Of a DNA stretch of 64,000 nt, positions 1-12,360 are shown one piece after another. The position numbers and the translations under genes are program-made. The notes beneath the pieces were generated by a model that did no database searches, had not been told where the DNA came from, and saw only the letters and a list, made by a program, of their open reading frames with translations. How positions within the stretch are numbered: position 1 is the first letter of the stretch; the number at the start of each line of letters is the position of its first letter. The DNA is taken from NCBI GenBank assembly GCA_963664225.1, contig OY760937.1, positions 5,134,744-5,198,743 on the forward strand, written 5' to 3'. The stretch is from Verrucomicrobiia bacterium. GTDB taxonomy: Bacteria; Verrucomicrobiota; Verrucomicrobiia; Limisphaerales; UBA1319.

Positions 1-117
1 AGTTTTTTTGCAATGTCGTAAATCCGAACGGGCATATATTCCTTCGCGTCTCGCTCTTAACCACCTGGAGTTCATGGATGCTGACTTATTGTAGCTGGCA
101 CCAGGCGATTTTAAAAA

Positions 118-1395
118 TTAAGCGGTTGTGGTTTCTCCATTCCCGGGTTCACGACGCGCGATTTCCGCGCGCACAGCCCCAATAATGGCACCCGCTTGGT
201 CTCCGATCTGCGTAATGGCAGCCAAATCGCTTTCCTCGGCTTGAGATAAATCGTCCAGACTGAGAAAACCGGCATGGACGAGTGCGTTGGCTTGTGGTGG
301 CAGGATGCCTGGAATGGCGGCGATATGTCTTACCGCTTCCGCCACCTTCTCATCAAAACCCATCTTTGCAGCCACTTCCGGTTCGATGTCCACCTGCCAA
401 CCGCAGAGTCTGGACGTCAATCGGGCGTTTTGGCCACGCTTGCCAATGGCCAGGGAAAGTTGATCCTCCGTGGTCTGAACAATCACGCGCTTGCGGTCGG
501 CATCCACCAAGAAACTCTTCAATTTGGCTGGAGCCAAGGCATTGGTGACATAAATGCGGATGTCCGGATCCCATTTAATAATGTCGACCTTTTCATTGTT
601 CAATTCGCGAACGATGTTTTTGACCCGCTGCCCACGTAATCCGACGCATGCGCCAACCGGGTCCACCTTTTCATCGCGTGAATAGACCGCAATCTTGGTG
701 CGAAAACCCGGCTCGCGGGCAATGCCCTTGATCTCAATGGTGCCATCGTTGATTTCCGAGACTTCCAATTGAAACAATTTGACTACAAATTGGGGGTCCG
801 CACGGGACAAGATGATTTCAGGACCGTGGGCTGTGTTTTCCACAGCTTTAACATAACAACGCAAACGTTCACCGACCTGGTATTCCTCCGTTGGCACGCG
901 TTCGCGACTGGGCAATAAGGCCTCGTAGCGTCCCAGATCGATGCTTACATCCGAACGCTCGAAGCGCCTCACAATGCCGCTGACAATATCCCCGGCGCGA
1001 TCTTTGAATTCGTTGTAAATCAGATCTTTTTCGGCCCGGCGGATGTGTTGCATCAAGGCTTGCTTGGCATATTGAGAGGCGATACGGCCAAAATTGGCCG
1101 GCGTGACTTCAATTTCGAGCTCTTGACCCAATTCCGCATCGGGCTTGGAACGCCGGGCGTCGATCAAACTGACCTGATCGTGTTTGGAAGCCACTTTTTC
1201 AACCACTTCCAGGCTCGCAAAGGCCTTGATATCGCCTGATTTGGGATCAATGGTGCAGCGCAGGTTGCGAGCAGGTCCAACCGCCTTTTTCGCGGCTGAG
1301 ACCAGTGCTTCCTGTACAGCCCCAAGGAGAACATCCTTTCGGATGCCTTTTTCTCTTTCCCAGTAGTCCAAGACGGCTATAAATTCTGCGTTCAT
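118..1395 (-). CDS. nusA: Transcription termination/antitermination factor NusA
   Basis: 425-aa ORF with a NusA N-terminal domain (MNAEFIAVLDYWEREKGI...), S1 and KH domains, and an acidic C-terminal repeat region. Confidence 0.9.
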   Translation of the reverse strand: MNAEFIAVLDYWEREKGIRKDVLLGAVQEALVSAAKKAVGPARNLRCTIDPKSGDIKAFASLEVVEKVASKHDQVSLIDARRSKPDAELGQELEIEVTPANFGRIASQYAKQALMQHIRRAEKDLIYNEFKDRAGDIVSGIVRRFERSDVSIDLGRYEALLPSRERVPTEEYQVGERLRCYVKAVENTAHGPEIILSRADPQFVVKLFQLEVSEINDGTIEIKGIAREPGFRTKIAVYSRDEKVDPVGACVGLRGQRVKNIVRELNNEKVDIIKWDPDIRIYVTNALAPAKLKSFLVDADRKRVIVQTTEDQLSLAIGKRGQNARLTSRLCGWQVDIEPEVAAKMGFDEKVAEAVRHIAAIPGILPPQANALVHAGFLSLDDLSQAEESDLAAITQIGDQAGAIIGAVRAEIARREPGNGETTTA

Positions 1396-1647
1396 AACTC
1401 AATTCCGCATTCCCACTTGGGGAATAAAAAAGTCGGTAGATGATTCTCTCCGACTTCGGCGCGCTGGCTGACCAGCCCAAGTTTCCATTGCTAACACAAA
1501 AATAGAGGCAGCCAAGAAATGAGTCAAGCTTCAAAAACTCAAAACTCGGTGCCTAAATACAGTACCAATGCCGATGAAATCTCGAAAAACCAATCAACGC
1601 GCTCTGCAGGACTGCCCGTCCCTTAAAACAGTGCTTGATCGATATTT

Positions 1648-2526
1648 CTAAAAATCCACAGCTTCGATTGCCGTTAAAGTTACATGAAGCTGCGCCGTAA
1701 GCAACTCCACATCCCGCTGGTCCAAAACCAGCGTCTTCCCGCCTTCGATCGCCAGAACCCGGATTCCCACTTTGGCGCAGGTTTCGATGGTTTTCGGTCC
1801 GGTGCAGGGGATGTCAAACCGCATGTCGTGGTTTTTTTTGGCCACCTTGATTGCAACAGCGCCGCCTTCCTTGCCTGCCAGTTCACCTCCCCGGGCCAGA
1901 CAGGCATCTGTCCCTTCAAAGCCCTCAACAGCAAGCACAACGCCATTCTTAACCACCACAGTCTGGCCGATATCCAGACGGGAGATTTCTTTGGCGATTC
2001 GCAGGCCAAATGCCACATCCTCCGTTTGGTCGTTGGTTAATGGCCTGCCGAGTCGGAACCCCTCTTTTGGCATCAAGGGTTTGAGCCAGGGAAGGGCCGG
2101 AATGAGTGTGACACCACCTTTTTGAAGTTCATCGGCAACAGCTCCAAAGATGGTGTGCGCATTTTTTTCCTTCAAGCGGAGAAGCAAACTCAAGGCTCGC
2201 AGGTCCGGCCGCAAGTCAAACAGGTTTTTCGGGGCGATTTGGCCCGCCATGACGCATTGAGTGATTTTGCGATCTCGAAATGCGGCAATGAGCTTTGAAA
2301 GTTGGCCGATCTTCAGCCATACAATCTCATCGACGAACCGCGCCAGTTCGGGATTGGTTTCGCCATCGAAGGCGACAGCCACTAACCGCCGCACTCCCAT
2401 GCGCCTGGCCTGTTCGCAAAGCAGCATGGGCAGGTTCCTGTTTCCCGCAATCACACCGAGTGAATCCGGCTGGTCCGGGCCTGTCTGAATGTTATTTGAA
2501 GCAGCGCTCGCTCTAGGCTCGTTCAT
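1648..2526 (-). CDS. DUF1009 / LpxI-family protein (UDP-2,3-diacylglucosamine hydrolase-like)
   Basis: 292 aa; N-terminal LGVIAGNRNLP motif and overall layout match the LpxI_N/LpxI_C family; no other lpx genes nearby. Confidence 0.55.
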   Translation of the reverse strand: MNEPRASAASNNIQTGPDQPDSLGVIAGNRNLPMLLCEQARRMGVRRLVAVAFDGETNPELARFVDEIVWLKIGQLSKLIAAFRDRKITQCVMAGQIAPKNLFDLRPDLRALSLLLRLKEKNAHTIFGAVADELQKGGVTLIPALPWLKPLMPKEGFRLGRPLTNDQTEDVAFGLRIAKEISRLDIGQTVVVKNGVVLAVEGFEGTDACLARGGELAGKEGGAVAIKVAKKNHDMRFDIPCTGPKTIETCAKVGIRVLAIEGGKTLVLDQRDVELLTAQLHVTLTAIEAVDF

Positions 2527-3035
2527 GTTTGGTATCGTTTGTAATGGATGAATAACCGACCGGATGATGCGAATTCAATGTTTATTGGTGGGATCGATCT
2601 GCGATGGGGGGATTGCGCGACCTGGTTTGCAGTTGCTTCTATTATTCGCATTTTTTGTTGGACGATTCAAAGCGCATCAACTGAATATTTTGGCAAAAGT
2701 GTGCCGGATAACCTGTCACAGTAAAGATTCCAGTGTGACAGACTGACTCAAATGGCACAGGTTGGAATTCGCGATTGATGGCTTTAATAAAAACGTAAGT
2801 AGTTTAATCGGAATTAATTATATATAAATATACTCCAATGGCATCTTAATTGCTGGAAGGGTGCCAGTTACGGATGAGCGGTTAGGGTATTACTATGGAA
2901 GCCGCCACTGGTGCCTGAAGGCCGAATTGGATTGGGATCCCAAAAAAGGATTCCCATGACGATGAGGGCTTCGGGCTGAATATGTGGTGGGATGGGTTCA
3001 GTTCATCGTTGGATTGAAAAATTTATATAAAGAAT

Positions 3036-4976
3036 ATGGCAAAGGTACTTGGCATTGATTTAGGGACAACCAACTCTTGTATGGCGGTCATGGAGGGTGG
3101 AGACCCAGTGGTGCTTGAAAATTCCGAGGGCAAGCGCACCACGCCATCGGTGGTGGCATTTACAAAGACAGGCGAACGTTTGGTGGGTGAGGCGGCCAAG
3201 CGCCAGGCTGTGACCAATTCGCGCAATACGATTTATTCCATCAAGCGATTCATGGGGCGCAAGTTTGACGAGGTCCAGGAAGAGATCAAACGCATCCCCT
3301 ACAAGGTCGTGCGCGCCAGCAATGGAGACGCCGCGGTGGAAGTGGAAATCGACGGCCAGCCCAAACTGTTCAGCCCGCCCGAGATTTCGGCGATGATTCT
3401 GGCCAAGCTCAAAGCCGATGCGGAGATGCGCCTGGGCGAGAAAATCACGCAGGCGGTGGTTACTGTTCCCGCCTATTTCAACGATTCTCAACGCCAGGCC
3501 ACCAAGGATGCCGGTCGCATCGCGGGTTTGGAAGTGCTGCGTATTATTAATGAGCCGACGGCCGCATCACTCGCCTACGGTTTGGACAAGAAAAAGGACG
3601 AGAAGATCGCGGTTTACGATCTGGGCGGCGGCACATTCGACATCTCAGTGCTCGAAATTGGCGATGGCGTTTTCGAGGTCAAGGCGACCAACGGGGATAC
3701 GCATTTGGGCGGCGATGACTGGGATAACCGGATCATGGATTGGATTCTGGATGAATTCAAGAAGGACCAGGGAATTGATTTGCGCAAACAGCCAGACGCC
3801 TTGCAACGCATCAAGGAGGAGGCTGAAAAGGCCAAGATCGCGTTATCGAGCGCGCAGCAATATGACATCAACCTGCCTTTCGTGACGGCGGATGCCTCCG
3901 GGCCCAAGCACATTTCAACCAAGCTGACCCGGGCAAAAATGGAGCAGTTGTGCGACGATTTGTTTGAGCGCACGGTCATTCCGGTGAAGAATTGTCTGCG
4001 GGATGCGGATCTAAGCGCGGCCAAGATTGACGAGTTGGTGCTGGTGGGTGGCATGACCCGCATGCCGCGCGTGGTCGAGACGGCGCATACGCTGGTGAAC
4101 AAGGCCCCGCATCAGGGAGTGAACCCGGACGAAGTGGTGGCCGTGGGCGCCGGCATTCAAGGCGGCGTGCTCAAAGGCGACGTCAAGGACGTGCTGTTGC
4201 TCGATGTGACCCCGCTGTCGCTGGGCATCGAAACGTTGGGCGGAGTATTCACGCGCTTGATCGAGCGTAATACGACTGTTCCCACGCGCAAATCAGAGAT
4301 TTTCTCCACGGCATCGGACAACCAGCCCGGGGTTGAAATTCATGTGCTGCAAGGAGAGCGGCCGATGTCCCGGGACAATAAGACGATCGGTAAATTCCAA
4401 TTGACGGACATTCCTCCGGCCCCTCGCGGCATGCCGCAGATTGAGGTGACTTTTGACATCGATGCCAATGGCATCTTGCATGTCAGCGCCAAGGATCTGG
4501 GCACGGGCAAGGAGCAGAAAATCACGATCACCGCCAGCAGCGGCCTGAGCAAGGACGAGATCGAGAAGATGCGCAAAGAGGCGGAACTCCATGCGGAGGA
4601 TGACAAGCAGCAACGTGAATCCATTGAGGCGCGCAATGAAGCCGATAATGGGGTTTATCGCTCGGAAAAAATGCTGCGCGATAATGCGGATAAGATTTCA
4701 GCGGGTGACAAGGAGAAGATTGAGAAGGCGGTGGTTGCGGTCAAGGAGGCGCTCAAAGGCACTGATGCCGCGGCGATCAAGACTGCGAGCGAGAAACTCA
4801 ACGAAGCCTGGCAATCTGTTTCCGCGGAACTTTACAAGGCGGCGGCGGACAAGGCCCGCGCTGAGAAACCTTCTGCGGGTGGACCTGATCCCGCATCCGC
4901 TCCCAAGGATTCGTCCGGCAAGAAGGATGACGGTCCCATCATCGATGCGGAAGTGGTCGATGACAAAAAGAATTAA
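3036..4976 (+). CDS. dnaK: Molecular chaperone DnaK (Hsp70)
   Basis: 646 aa; [11 protein letters not shown] and DLGGGTFD motifs; full Hsp70 architecture. Confidence 0.97.
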   Translation: MAKVLGIDLGTTNSCMAVMEGGDPVVLENSEGKRTTPSVVAFTKTGERLVGEAAKRQAVTNSRNTIYSIKRFMGRKFDEVQEEIKRIPYKVVRASNGDAAVEVEIDGQPKLFSPPEISAMILAKLKADAEMRLGEKITQAVVTVPAYFNDSQRQATKDAGRIAGLEVLRIINEPTAASLAYGLDKKKDEKIAVYDLGGGTFDISVLEIGDGVFEVKATNGDTHLGGDDWDNRIMDWILDEFKKDQGIDLRKQPDALQRIKEEAEKAKIALSSAQQYDINLPFVTADASGPKHISTKLTRAKMEQLCDDLFERTVIPVKNCLRDADLSAAKIDELVLVGGMTRMPRVVETAHTLVNKAPHQGVNPDEVVAVGAGIQGGVLKGDVKDVLLLDVTPLSLGIETLGGVFTRLIERNTTVPTRKSEIFSTASDNQPGVEIHVLQGERPMSRDNKTIGKFQLTDIPPAPRGMPQIEVTFDIDANGILHVSAKDLGTGKEQKITITASSGLSKDEIEKMRKEAELHAEDDKQQRESIEARNEADNGVYRSEKMLRDNADKISAGDKEKIEKAVVAVKEALKGTDAAAIKTASEKLNEAWQSVSAELYKAAADKARAEKPSAGGPDPASAPKDSSGKKDDGPIIDAEVVDDKKN

Positions 4977-5114
4977 CGCCCGCATGGCCGCGCCGCTCCT
5001 GAACGGAGGGGCGCGACCCGGGCAAATTTTAACCAGTCATAATCAAGTTCTCCCGGCGGGTGCGCGGGAGGAAAAACACTCGGTTAAACAACCAACAACA
5101 AAGGAAATACCAAC

Positions 5115-5408
5115 ATGGCTATGAACCTTAAACCGCTCGGAGATCGTATCCTCGTGGAACTGGTCGAAGAGAAGGAAGTTAAGAAGGGTGGCATCATCAT
5201 TCCCGATGCCGCGAAGGAAAAACCGACCGAAGCGACCGTTGTGGCGCTGGGCACGGGCAAGTTAGACGATCAGGGCAAGAAGATCGCTTTTGAAGTCAAA
5301 AAGGGCGACCGGGTGCTGATCAGCAAATATGGCGGTACGGATGTCAAAGTCGAGGGCAAGGAATACAAGCTGCTCAATAGCGACGACATCCTGGCGATCA
5401 TCGATTAA
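5115..5408 (+). CDS. groES: Co-chaperonin GroES
   Basis: 97 aa; typical Cpn10 sequence ([10 protein letters not shown]...GDRVL). Confidence 0.95.
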   Translation: MAMNLKPLGDRILVELVEEKEVKKGGIIIPDAAKEKPTEATVVALGTGKLDDQGKKIAFEVKKGDRVLISKYGGTDVKVEGKEYKLLNSDDILAIID

Positions 5409-7094
<1,686 letters not shown>

Positions 7095-7127
7095 GTCCAA
7101 CCATCATTTCATCAAAATCGAATTCAC

Positions 7128-7157
7128 GAGGCTGGCTTCATGCCAGCCTCTTTTTTT
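7128..7157 (+). terminator. Rho-independent terminator after groEL
   Basis: GAGGCTGGC-ttcat-GCCAGCCTC hairpin followed by TTTTTTT. Confidence 0.7.
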
Positions 7158-7493
7158 GTACTAATGGGCGCGCGATGGGAATCTTTAGAAGTCGCCGGGA
7201 AGGGGAGGAAGGTGCTTGAATTGTGACGCACGATGTTGAAGCAGGATTCACGTAGAATTTCAAAAACGCGTAACGTGATTGTTTGACCCTGTGGATTGCT
7301 CTGATTCAATATCCAGGGTTGCAGTTCGCTTTTATGCGGAGGATTCCTGATGGCTTCTCCAGTACATGTTACCCGCCCCAAGAGCGCTGATTACGTTAAC
7401 TGCCAGCGGGCTTGAGGCGGGAAAGAGAGAGCGAAGTTCTCTCAAATTAGCATCGGGTGCCGCCCTGTTTGGGCAGCGCCCTGACTGTCTTGA

Positions 7494-8291
7494 TTATTTA
7501 GGCTCGGACACGACATTCATCTGCAATGTGACCGCAGTCTGGGCCAGCGCCCGGCCTTCCAGAGAGGCGCCGGTTTGCATTGCAATCGCGGTCTGGCACA
7601 AGATGATTCCCTTGAACTGAGCCGTCGTTCCAATGGTCGTTGCGCCGGCTATCTGCCAGAAGACGTTCTTGGCCTGGGCGCCGCCGGTCAGGGTGACAAT
7701 GGCCCCGTTGCCGACGGTCAGCCCCTGCGCTATCTGGAAGATCCAGACCGCATTAGCGTCCCCTTGGGCGTCGAGTGTGACCGCGGTGGGAATGAGCACC
7801 GGTGTGGCCCATTTGTAGAGGCCCGGAGCGATTCGCATCCCGTCAATATTTCCGGCCCCGAGTTCAACGGCAGCGGGTAACGTCCGGCCCGCAGCGTCAG
7901 TGTATGCGGTTTCCATGGCGCTGACCGCCGCAGTCAATAAAACGGGGTAGGTCACCTTGCAAGCGGGACCCGCAGCGTCCACGGTGTAGATGGTCCCGGT
8001 TACTTCCGCGCAGCCCAGGCCCGTAATGGCAGCACCGGTGATTGGACTTGTTCCAATATTGCCAGTGATGGCAGAGGAAGGAACATCGGTGACTCCTGTT
8101 TTGGAGAGAATCGCAAAACTGCCGGCCCAACCGAGATCAACCGGCGCCAGAGCAGCCATTCCTGCGGAGGCACTGGAGAGCAACGCCAAGAGGGCGGCCA
8201 TCAAACTGATGGAGATTTTATTATTCGACGCTGTGCAGATAAGCGGCGCGGGTGCGCCTACGGTTTGTTTTACCTCTTGATTGTTATGCAT
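7494..8291 (-). CDS. Secreted ice-binding-like protein (DUF3494 family)
   Basis: 265 aa; signal peptide; Thr/Gly/Ala-rich beta-solenoid-like sequence with a VTLDAQGDANAVWIFQI motif typical of the DUF3494 ice-binding family. Confidence 0.6.
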   Translation of the reverse strand: MHNNQEVKQTVGAPAPLICTASNNKISISLMAALLALLSSASAGMAALAPVDLGWAGSFAILSKTGVTDVPSSAITGNIGTSPITGAAITGLGCAEVTGTIYTVDAAGPACKVTYPVLLTAAVSAMETAYTDAAGRTLPAAVELGAGNIDGMRIAPGLYKWATPVLIPTAVTLDAQGDANAVWIFQIAQGLTVGNGAIVTLTGGAQAKNVFWQIAGATTIGTTAQFKGIILCQTAIAMQTGASLEGRALAQTAVTLQMNVVSEPK

Positions 8292-8742
8292 GTGATTTTT
8301 TTGTTTTGATGATTAATTATTTAACCAACTGCATGAGAGTGGACCGGGAGGCGCGCGGGGTCTATTCAGGGGTATACCCCGGGGGACTTCCCCCCATCGG
8401 AGGTTTGCTCAAGGATCGCGAAACCGCGACGCGAGTGTTCACCCCATGGTTTGATGCGGTTCTGATCATCCTTGTTTGCAGTGATAGCATCCCTGAATCC
8501 TGAAGTTTCGACAAAAAGGGCTGAAGTTCCATCCTCAGAAGGCACCGCTTATAAATCAACCGGAACATCCGACATGCATATTTCAGAATCGAGAGGACTT
8601 CCAATTCTGAACTTTGGCGTCCTTTATTTTGAGATAACCCGCTTTTTTTGGAATAAAGCGGGTATTGACACATTTAGACAGGTTCTATACCATGTCCAAG
8701 CTTGTCCAAATAGTGGGACAAAAAGTCTTAATTTAAGAAAAA

Positions 8743-9450
8743 ATGCAGCTCACGGTAAGAGATGTCGCTGAATTGCTGAACGTTTCCGAAAAAAGCGTTT
8801 ACCGATGGATTACAGACGGGAATTTGCCCGCCTATCGCGTCAGCGGGCAGTACCGTTTTAACCGCGCAGAGCTGTTGGAATGGGCCACTGCAAAGAAGAT
8901 TAACGTTTCTCCCAAAATATTTGAGGAGAGCGAGGCGGGGGCCGGGGAGTTGCCTGATTTGGCGGATGCTTTGCAGGCAGGCGGGATTTACTACCGCATG
9001 GGCGGCAACGACAAGGCAGGCGTCCTGCGGGGGATTGTGGACGCAATGCGATTGCCCGATGAGGTGGACCGCAATTTCCTGTTGCAGGTTTTGATGGCGC
9101 GCGAGGCGTTGGAATCGACGGCGATCGGGGATGGAATCGCGATTCCACATGTGCGAAATCCGATTGTTCTGCATGTGGCCAAACCGATGGTGATGCTGAG
9201 CTTTCTTGAAAAGCCGGTGGCTTTTGGAGCGTTGGACGGGCAGCCGGTCCACACGCTTTTCTCCCTGGTAAGTCCCACCGTGCGGTCACATTTGCATTTA
9301 TTATCGCGGATAGCGTTTGCGCTCCGGGACCCGGGATTTAAGGAAATCGTTCTGCGACAGGGAAGTCGGGAAGAAATCCTGGAAGGGGTAAAGCGGGTTG
9401 GAAGTGGGAAGAAGACTCCCACTGAGGTTGTCAGCCAGGAGCGTCAATGA
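8743..9450 (+). CDS. Putative transcriptional regulator: HTH (MerR/excisionase type) + PTS EIIA type-2 domain
   Basis: N-terminal VRDVAELLNVSEKSVYRWI HTH; C-terminal domain with EIIA-2/EIIA-Ntr signature GDGIAIPHVRNP (phosphorylatable His). Its stop overlaps the start of hyfB-like gene. Confidence 0.65.
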   Translation: MQLTVRDVAELLNVSEKSVYRWITDGNLPAYRVSGQYRFNRAELLEWATAKKINVSPKIFEESEAGAGELPDLADALQAGGIYYRMGGNDKAGVLRGIVDAMRLPDEVDRNFLLQVLMAREALESTAIGDGIAIPHVRNPIVLHVAKPMVMLSFLEKPVAFGALDGQPVHTLFSLVSPTVRSHLHLLSRIAFALRDPGFKEIVLRQGSREEILEGVKRVGSGKKTPTEVVSQERQ

Positions 9451-11441
9451 GCCTTTTGTTGCTGGCAATGGGGATTTGGGTGGGAAGTGGGCTGATGGCC
9501 TTGTTTTTTCCACATAATCCCAAACTGGCAACGGCAGTGGGCGCTTGGGGGTTGATTGCGGGCGCGATTTTGGCGGTTTTTCCTGTAGTTCGTGTTCTCA
9601 TGGGGGGGGCGGTTGGAGAGAGCCGCCTCCCGATGAGCCTGCCTGGAGGCAGTTTTTTCATTCAGTTGGACGCGCTTTCCGCGTGGTTCATTCTTCCAAT
9701 GCTGTTGCTTCTAGTTGCAGCCGCCCTCTATGCCGTGGATTACATGGCCGCGTTTCGAGAACGGCACTTGGGGGTTCCCGCCTTATTCTTTAACCTGCTG
9801 GCCACCAGCATGGTGATGGTCGTTTTGTCCCGCAACGCGGTGCTCTTCCTGATGTCATGGGAGGTGATGTCGGTGACCTCTTTTTTCCTGGTAACCTTCG
9901 AAGATGAAAAGCCCAAAGTGCGCGAGGCGGGTTGGGTGTACTTGATCGCAACCCATTTGGGGACGGCTTCCATTTTTGTCCTTTTTGTCTTGATGGGTCG
10001 CGAGGCTGGCTCGATGGATTTCGATAAGTGGGCGGCGATGGGGACAATTGGAACATGGCCCGGAGGAATGGCGGGGTCGATGTTTATTCTGGCGGTGATC
10101 GGGTTCGGCACCAAGGCGGGTTTCATGCCTTTTCATGTGTGGCTGCCTGAGGCGCATCCGGCGGCGCCAAGCCATGTCTCGGCCGTCATGTCTGGAGTGA
10201 TGATCAAGACGGGGGTTTATGGGGTATTGCGGATGCTCACGTATTTGGGAACGCCCGCCGCATGGTGGGGCTGGTTACTTTTGGGGGTGGGTCTGGTGTC
10301 GGGAATATTGGGGGTGATCAATGCGCTCGCGCAGCACGACTTGAAGCGGTTGCTGGCGTATAGCAGCGTGGAGAATGTGGGGATCATGACCATCGGCATG
10401 GGTATCGGAGTCCTGGGCATTTCGATGGCGGCCCCTGCGGTTGCGATTTTGGGCTTCAGCGCCTGTCTGCTTCATTTTGCGAATCATGCCATGTTCAAGG
10501 GCCTTCTGTTTCTGGGGGCTGGCAGCATTTTGCACGTGACTGGCACGCGGCAAATGGATCGGCTGGGCGGTTTGCTGAAAAAAATGCCGGTGACGGGTTT
10601 ATGCTTTTTGCTGGGGGTGGTGGCAATCTGCGGGCTGCCGCCGATGAACGGATTTATTGGGGAGGTCGTTCTTTTCATGGCGGGATTCAAGGCGGCAACC
10701 TCGCTGGAGCTGTCCAGGGCGATTGCGGGTGTGGCGGTGATTCTGGGAATGGGCTTGATCGGCGGTCTGGCCGTGGTCTGTTTTACTAAAGCCTTCGGAA
10801 TCGTTTTTCTCGGGGAACCGCGGGGCGGGGAGGAACAACATGCCCACGAGAGTGGAAGGTGGATGCAGACGGGCATGGCGATCCTGGTTTGCGCCTGCAT
10901 TTGCGCCAGTCTGGCAGCGCCCATCCTCATCCGCAAAGCCAGTGAGATCGCGGCTGGAATGGGGCGGTACGATCACAACGCTGCAGTGTTGAATCTGGCG
11001 GCGTTTTCGAATGTCATGAACCTGGTGGTCCTGGTTTTTCTCGTCCTCGGATTGCTTATTGCGTTGTTGGTCTGGATGCGTTCACGTTTGCTGTCAGGTC
11101 GCAAGATTGAATCGGCCGCCACATGGGGCTGCGGTTACGTGGCGTCCTCGTCACGGGTGCAATACACTGGCTCCTCGTTTGTTCAGCCGGCAACCATGCT
11201 CTATCGGTTGGTGCTAAGGATGCGACGCCGTTATTCCACGCCGAAAGGTTTTTTCCCGAGTCATTCCTCGTTTTTAAGTGAAACTCCGGATGTCTGGCAA
11301 CGGGTTATTTACGGACCGGCTTTTGCAAGCCTGGCAGCATGGTTGTCCAAGTTGCGATGGCTGCAACAGGGCCAGGTGCAGCTTTATGTGCTGTATATGG
11401 CGGCGACTTTGCTGGCGCTGCTGATCTGGAAGTTGGGCTGA
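9447..11441 (+). CDS. Formate hydrogenlyase subunit 3 / hydrogenase-4 component B-like antiporter subunit (NuoL/Mrp-like)
   Basis: 664 aa polytopic membrane protein; WLPEAHPAAPSHVSAVMSG and LLAYSSVENVG motifs of the complex I antiporter-like family. Confidence 0.85.
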   Translation: MSLLLLAMGIWVGSGLMALFFPHNPKLATAVGAWGLIAGAILAVFPVVRVLMGGAVGESRLPMSLPGGSFFIQLDALSAWFILPMLLLLVAAALYAVDYMAAFRERHLGVPALFFNLLATSMVMVVLSRNAVLFLMSWEVMSVTSFFLVTFEDEKPKVREAGWVYLIATHLGTASIFVLFVLMGREAGSMDFDKWAAMGTIGTWPGGMAGSMFILAVIGFGTKAGFMPFHVWLPEAHPAAPSHVSAVMSGVMIKTGVYGVLRMLTYLGTPAAWWGWLLLGVGLVSGILGVINALAQHDLKRLLAYSSVENVGIMTIGMGIGVLGISMAAPAVAILGFSACLLHFANHAMFKGLLFLGAGSILHVTGTRQMDRLGGLLKKMPVTGLCFLLGVVAICGLPPMNGFIGEVVLFMAGFKAATSLELSRAIAGVAVILGMGLIGGLAVVCFTKAFGIVFLGEPRGGEEQHAHESGRWMQTGMAILVCACICASLAAPILIRKASEIAAGMGRYDHNAAVLNLAAFSNVMNLVVLVFLVLGLLIALLVWMRSRLLSGRKIESAATWGCGYVASSSRVQYTGSSFVQPATMLYRLVLRMRRRYSTPKGFFPSHSSFLSETPDVWQRVIYGPAFASLAAWLSKLRWLQQGQVQLYVLYMAATLLALLIWKLG

Positions 11442-11444
11442 ACC

Positions 11445-12353
11445 ATGAACATCAGTGCGATACTTTCACTTCTGGTGGGTCTGGCTCTGGCGCCTTTGTT
11501 GCCGGGGATCATTAACCGCGTGAAGGCGAAGTTTGGCGGGCGGCGGGGCCAGCCCATTCTTCAAATGTATTTCGATCTCTGGAAGCTTCTTCACAAAGGC
11601 GCGGTTTACAGCCGCACGACAACCTGGGTGTTTCAGGCGGCGCCCATTGTTGGCCTGGCCGCGGTGATTGCAGCCATGCTGATTGTTCCCTTTGGAGGCG
11701 CGAACGCCCTGGTTGGTTTTCCCGGGGATCTGGTGCTCATGGCGGGGTTGCTGGGCCTGGGCCGGTTCTTCACGATGATTGCGGCATTGGATACAGGATC
11801 CAGTTTCGAGGGAATGGGGGCCAGCCGCGAAGCCCATTTTTCGGCGCTGGGGGAACCGGTTTTGCTCCTGGCATTGGCGGTCGTGGGACGCAAAACGGTT
11901 AGTTTTTCACTTTCCGACATATTTGGCGCGCTGACACCCTGGCACTGGGCGCAAAGCTTTGTGCCTCTGGCCCTGGTGGTGACGGTTCTTCTGGTGGTGA
12001 TGCTGGCGGAAAATGCGCGCATTCCCGTGGATGATCCCAATACCCATCTGGAGTTGACCATGATCCACGAGGTGATGGTGCTCGATCATGGCGGTCCTGA
12101 TTTTGCGTTTATCGTTTATGGAGCGGCCTTGAAACTCTGGCTGATGGGCGCGCTCTTGGTGAATGTGCTTCTGCCTATTCATTCAGGGCATCTCTGGATC
12201 GATCTGGCGGTGGGTGTCATCGGCATGTGTGGTGTGGCGGTGGTGGTCGGCATCATTGAGTCGATCATGGCACGATTGCGCTTGTTATTTGTGCCCCAGT
12301 TGTTGGTTGGGGCGGGGGTCATGGCGGCGGTGGCCTTGGTGGTGATGCAATAG
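11445..12353 (+). CDS. Hydrogenase-4 component C / HycD-like membrane subunit (NuoH family)
   Basis: 302 aa; NuoH/HycD-like hydrophobic profile, and its position after the B-like gene. Confidence 0.8.
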   Translation: MNISAILSLLVGLALAPLLPGIINRVKAKFGGRRGQPILQMYFDLWKLLHKGAVYSRTTTWVFQAAPIVGLAAVIAAMLIVPFGGANALVGFPGDLVLMAGLLGLGRFFTMIAALDTGSSFEGMGASREAHFSALGEPVLLLALAVVGRKTVSFSLSDIFGALTPWHWAQSFVPLALVVTVLLVVMLAENARIPVDDPNTHLELTMIHEVMVLDHGGPDFAFIVYGAALKLWLMGALLVNVLLPIHSGHLWIDLAVGVIGMCGVAVVVGIIESIMARLRLLFVPQLLVGAGVMAAVALVVMQ

Positions 12354-12360
12354 GCCCTGT

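Noticed and set aside
3000-3035. TTGAAA...TATAAA as a dnaK promoter
   Set aside because: The spacing between the candidate -35 and -10 is only about 6 nt, and the motif sits directly against the start codon. It is more likely an AT-rich translation-initiation region than a promoter.
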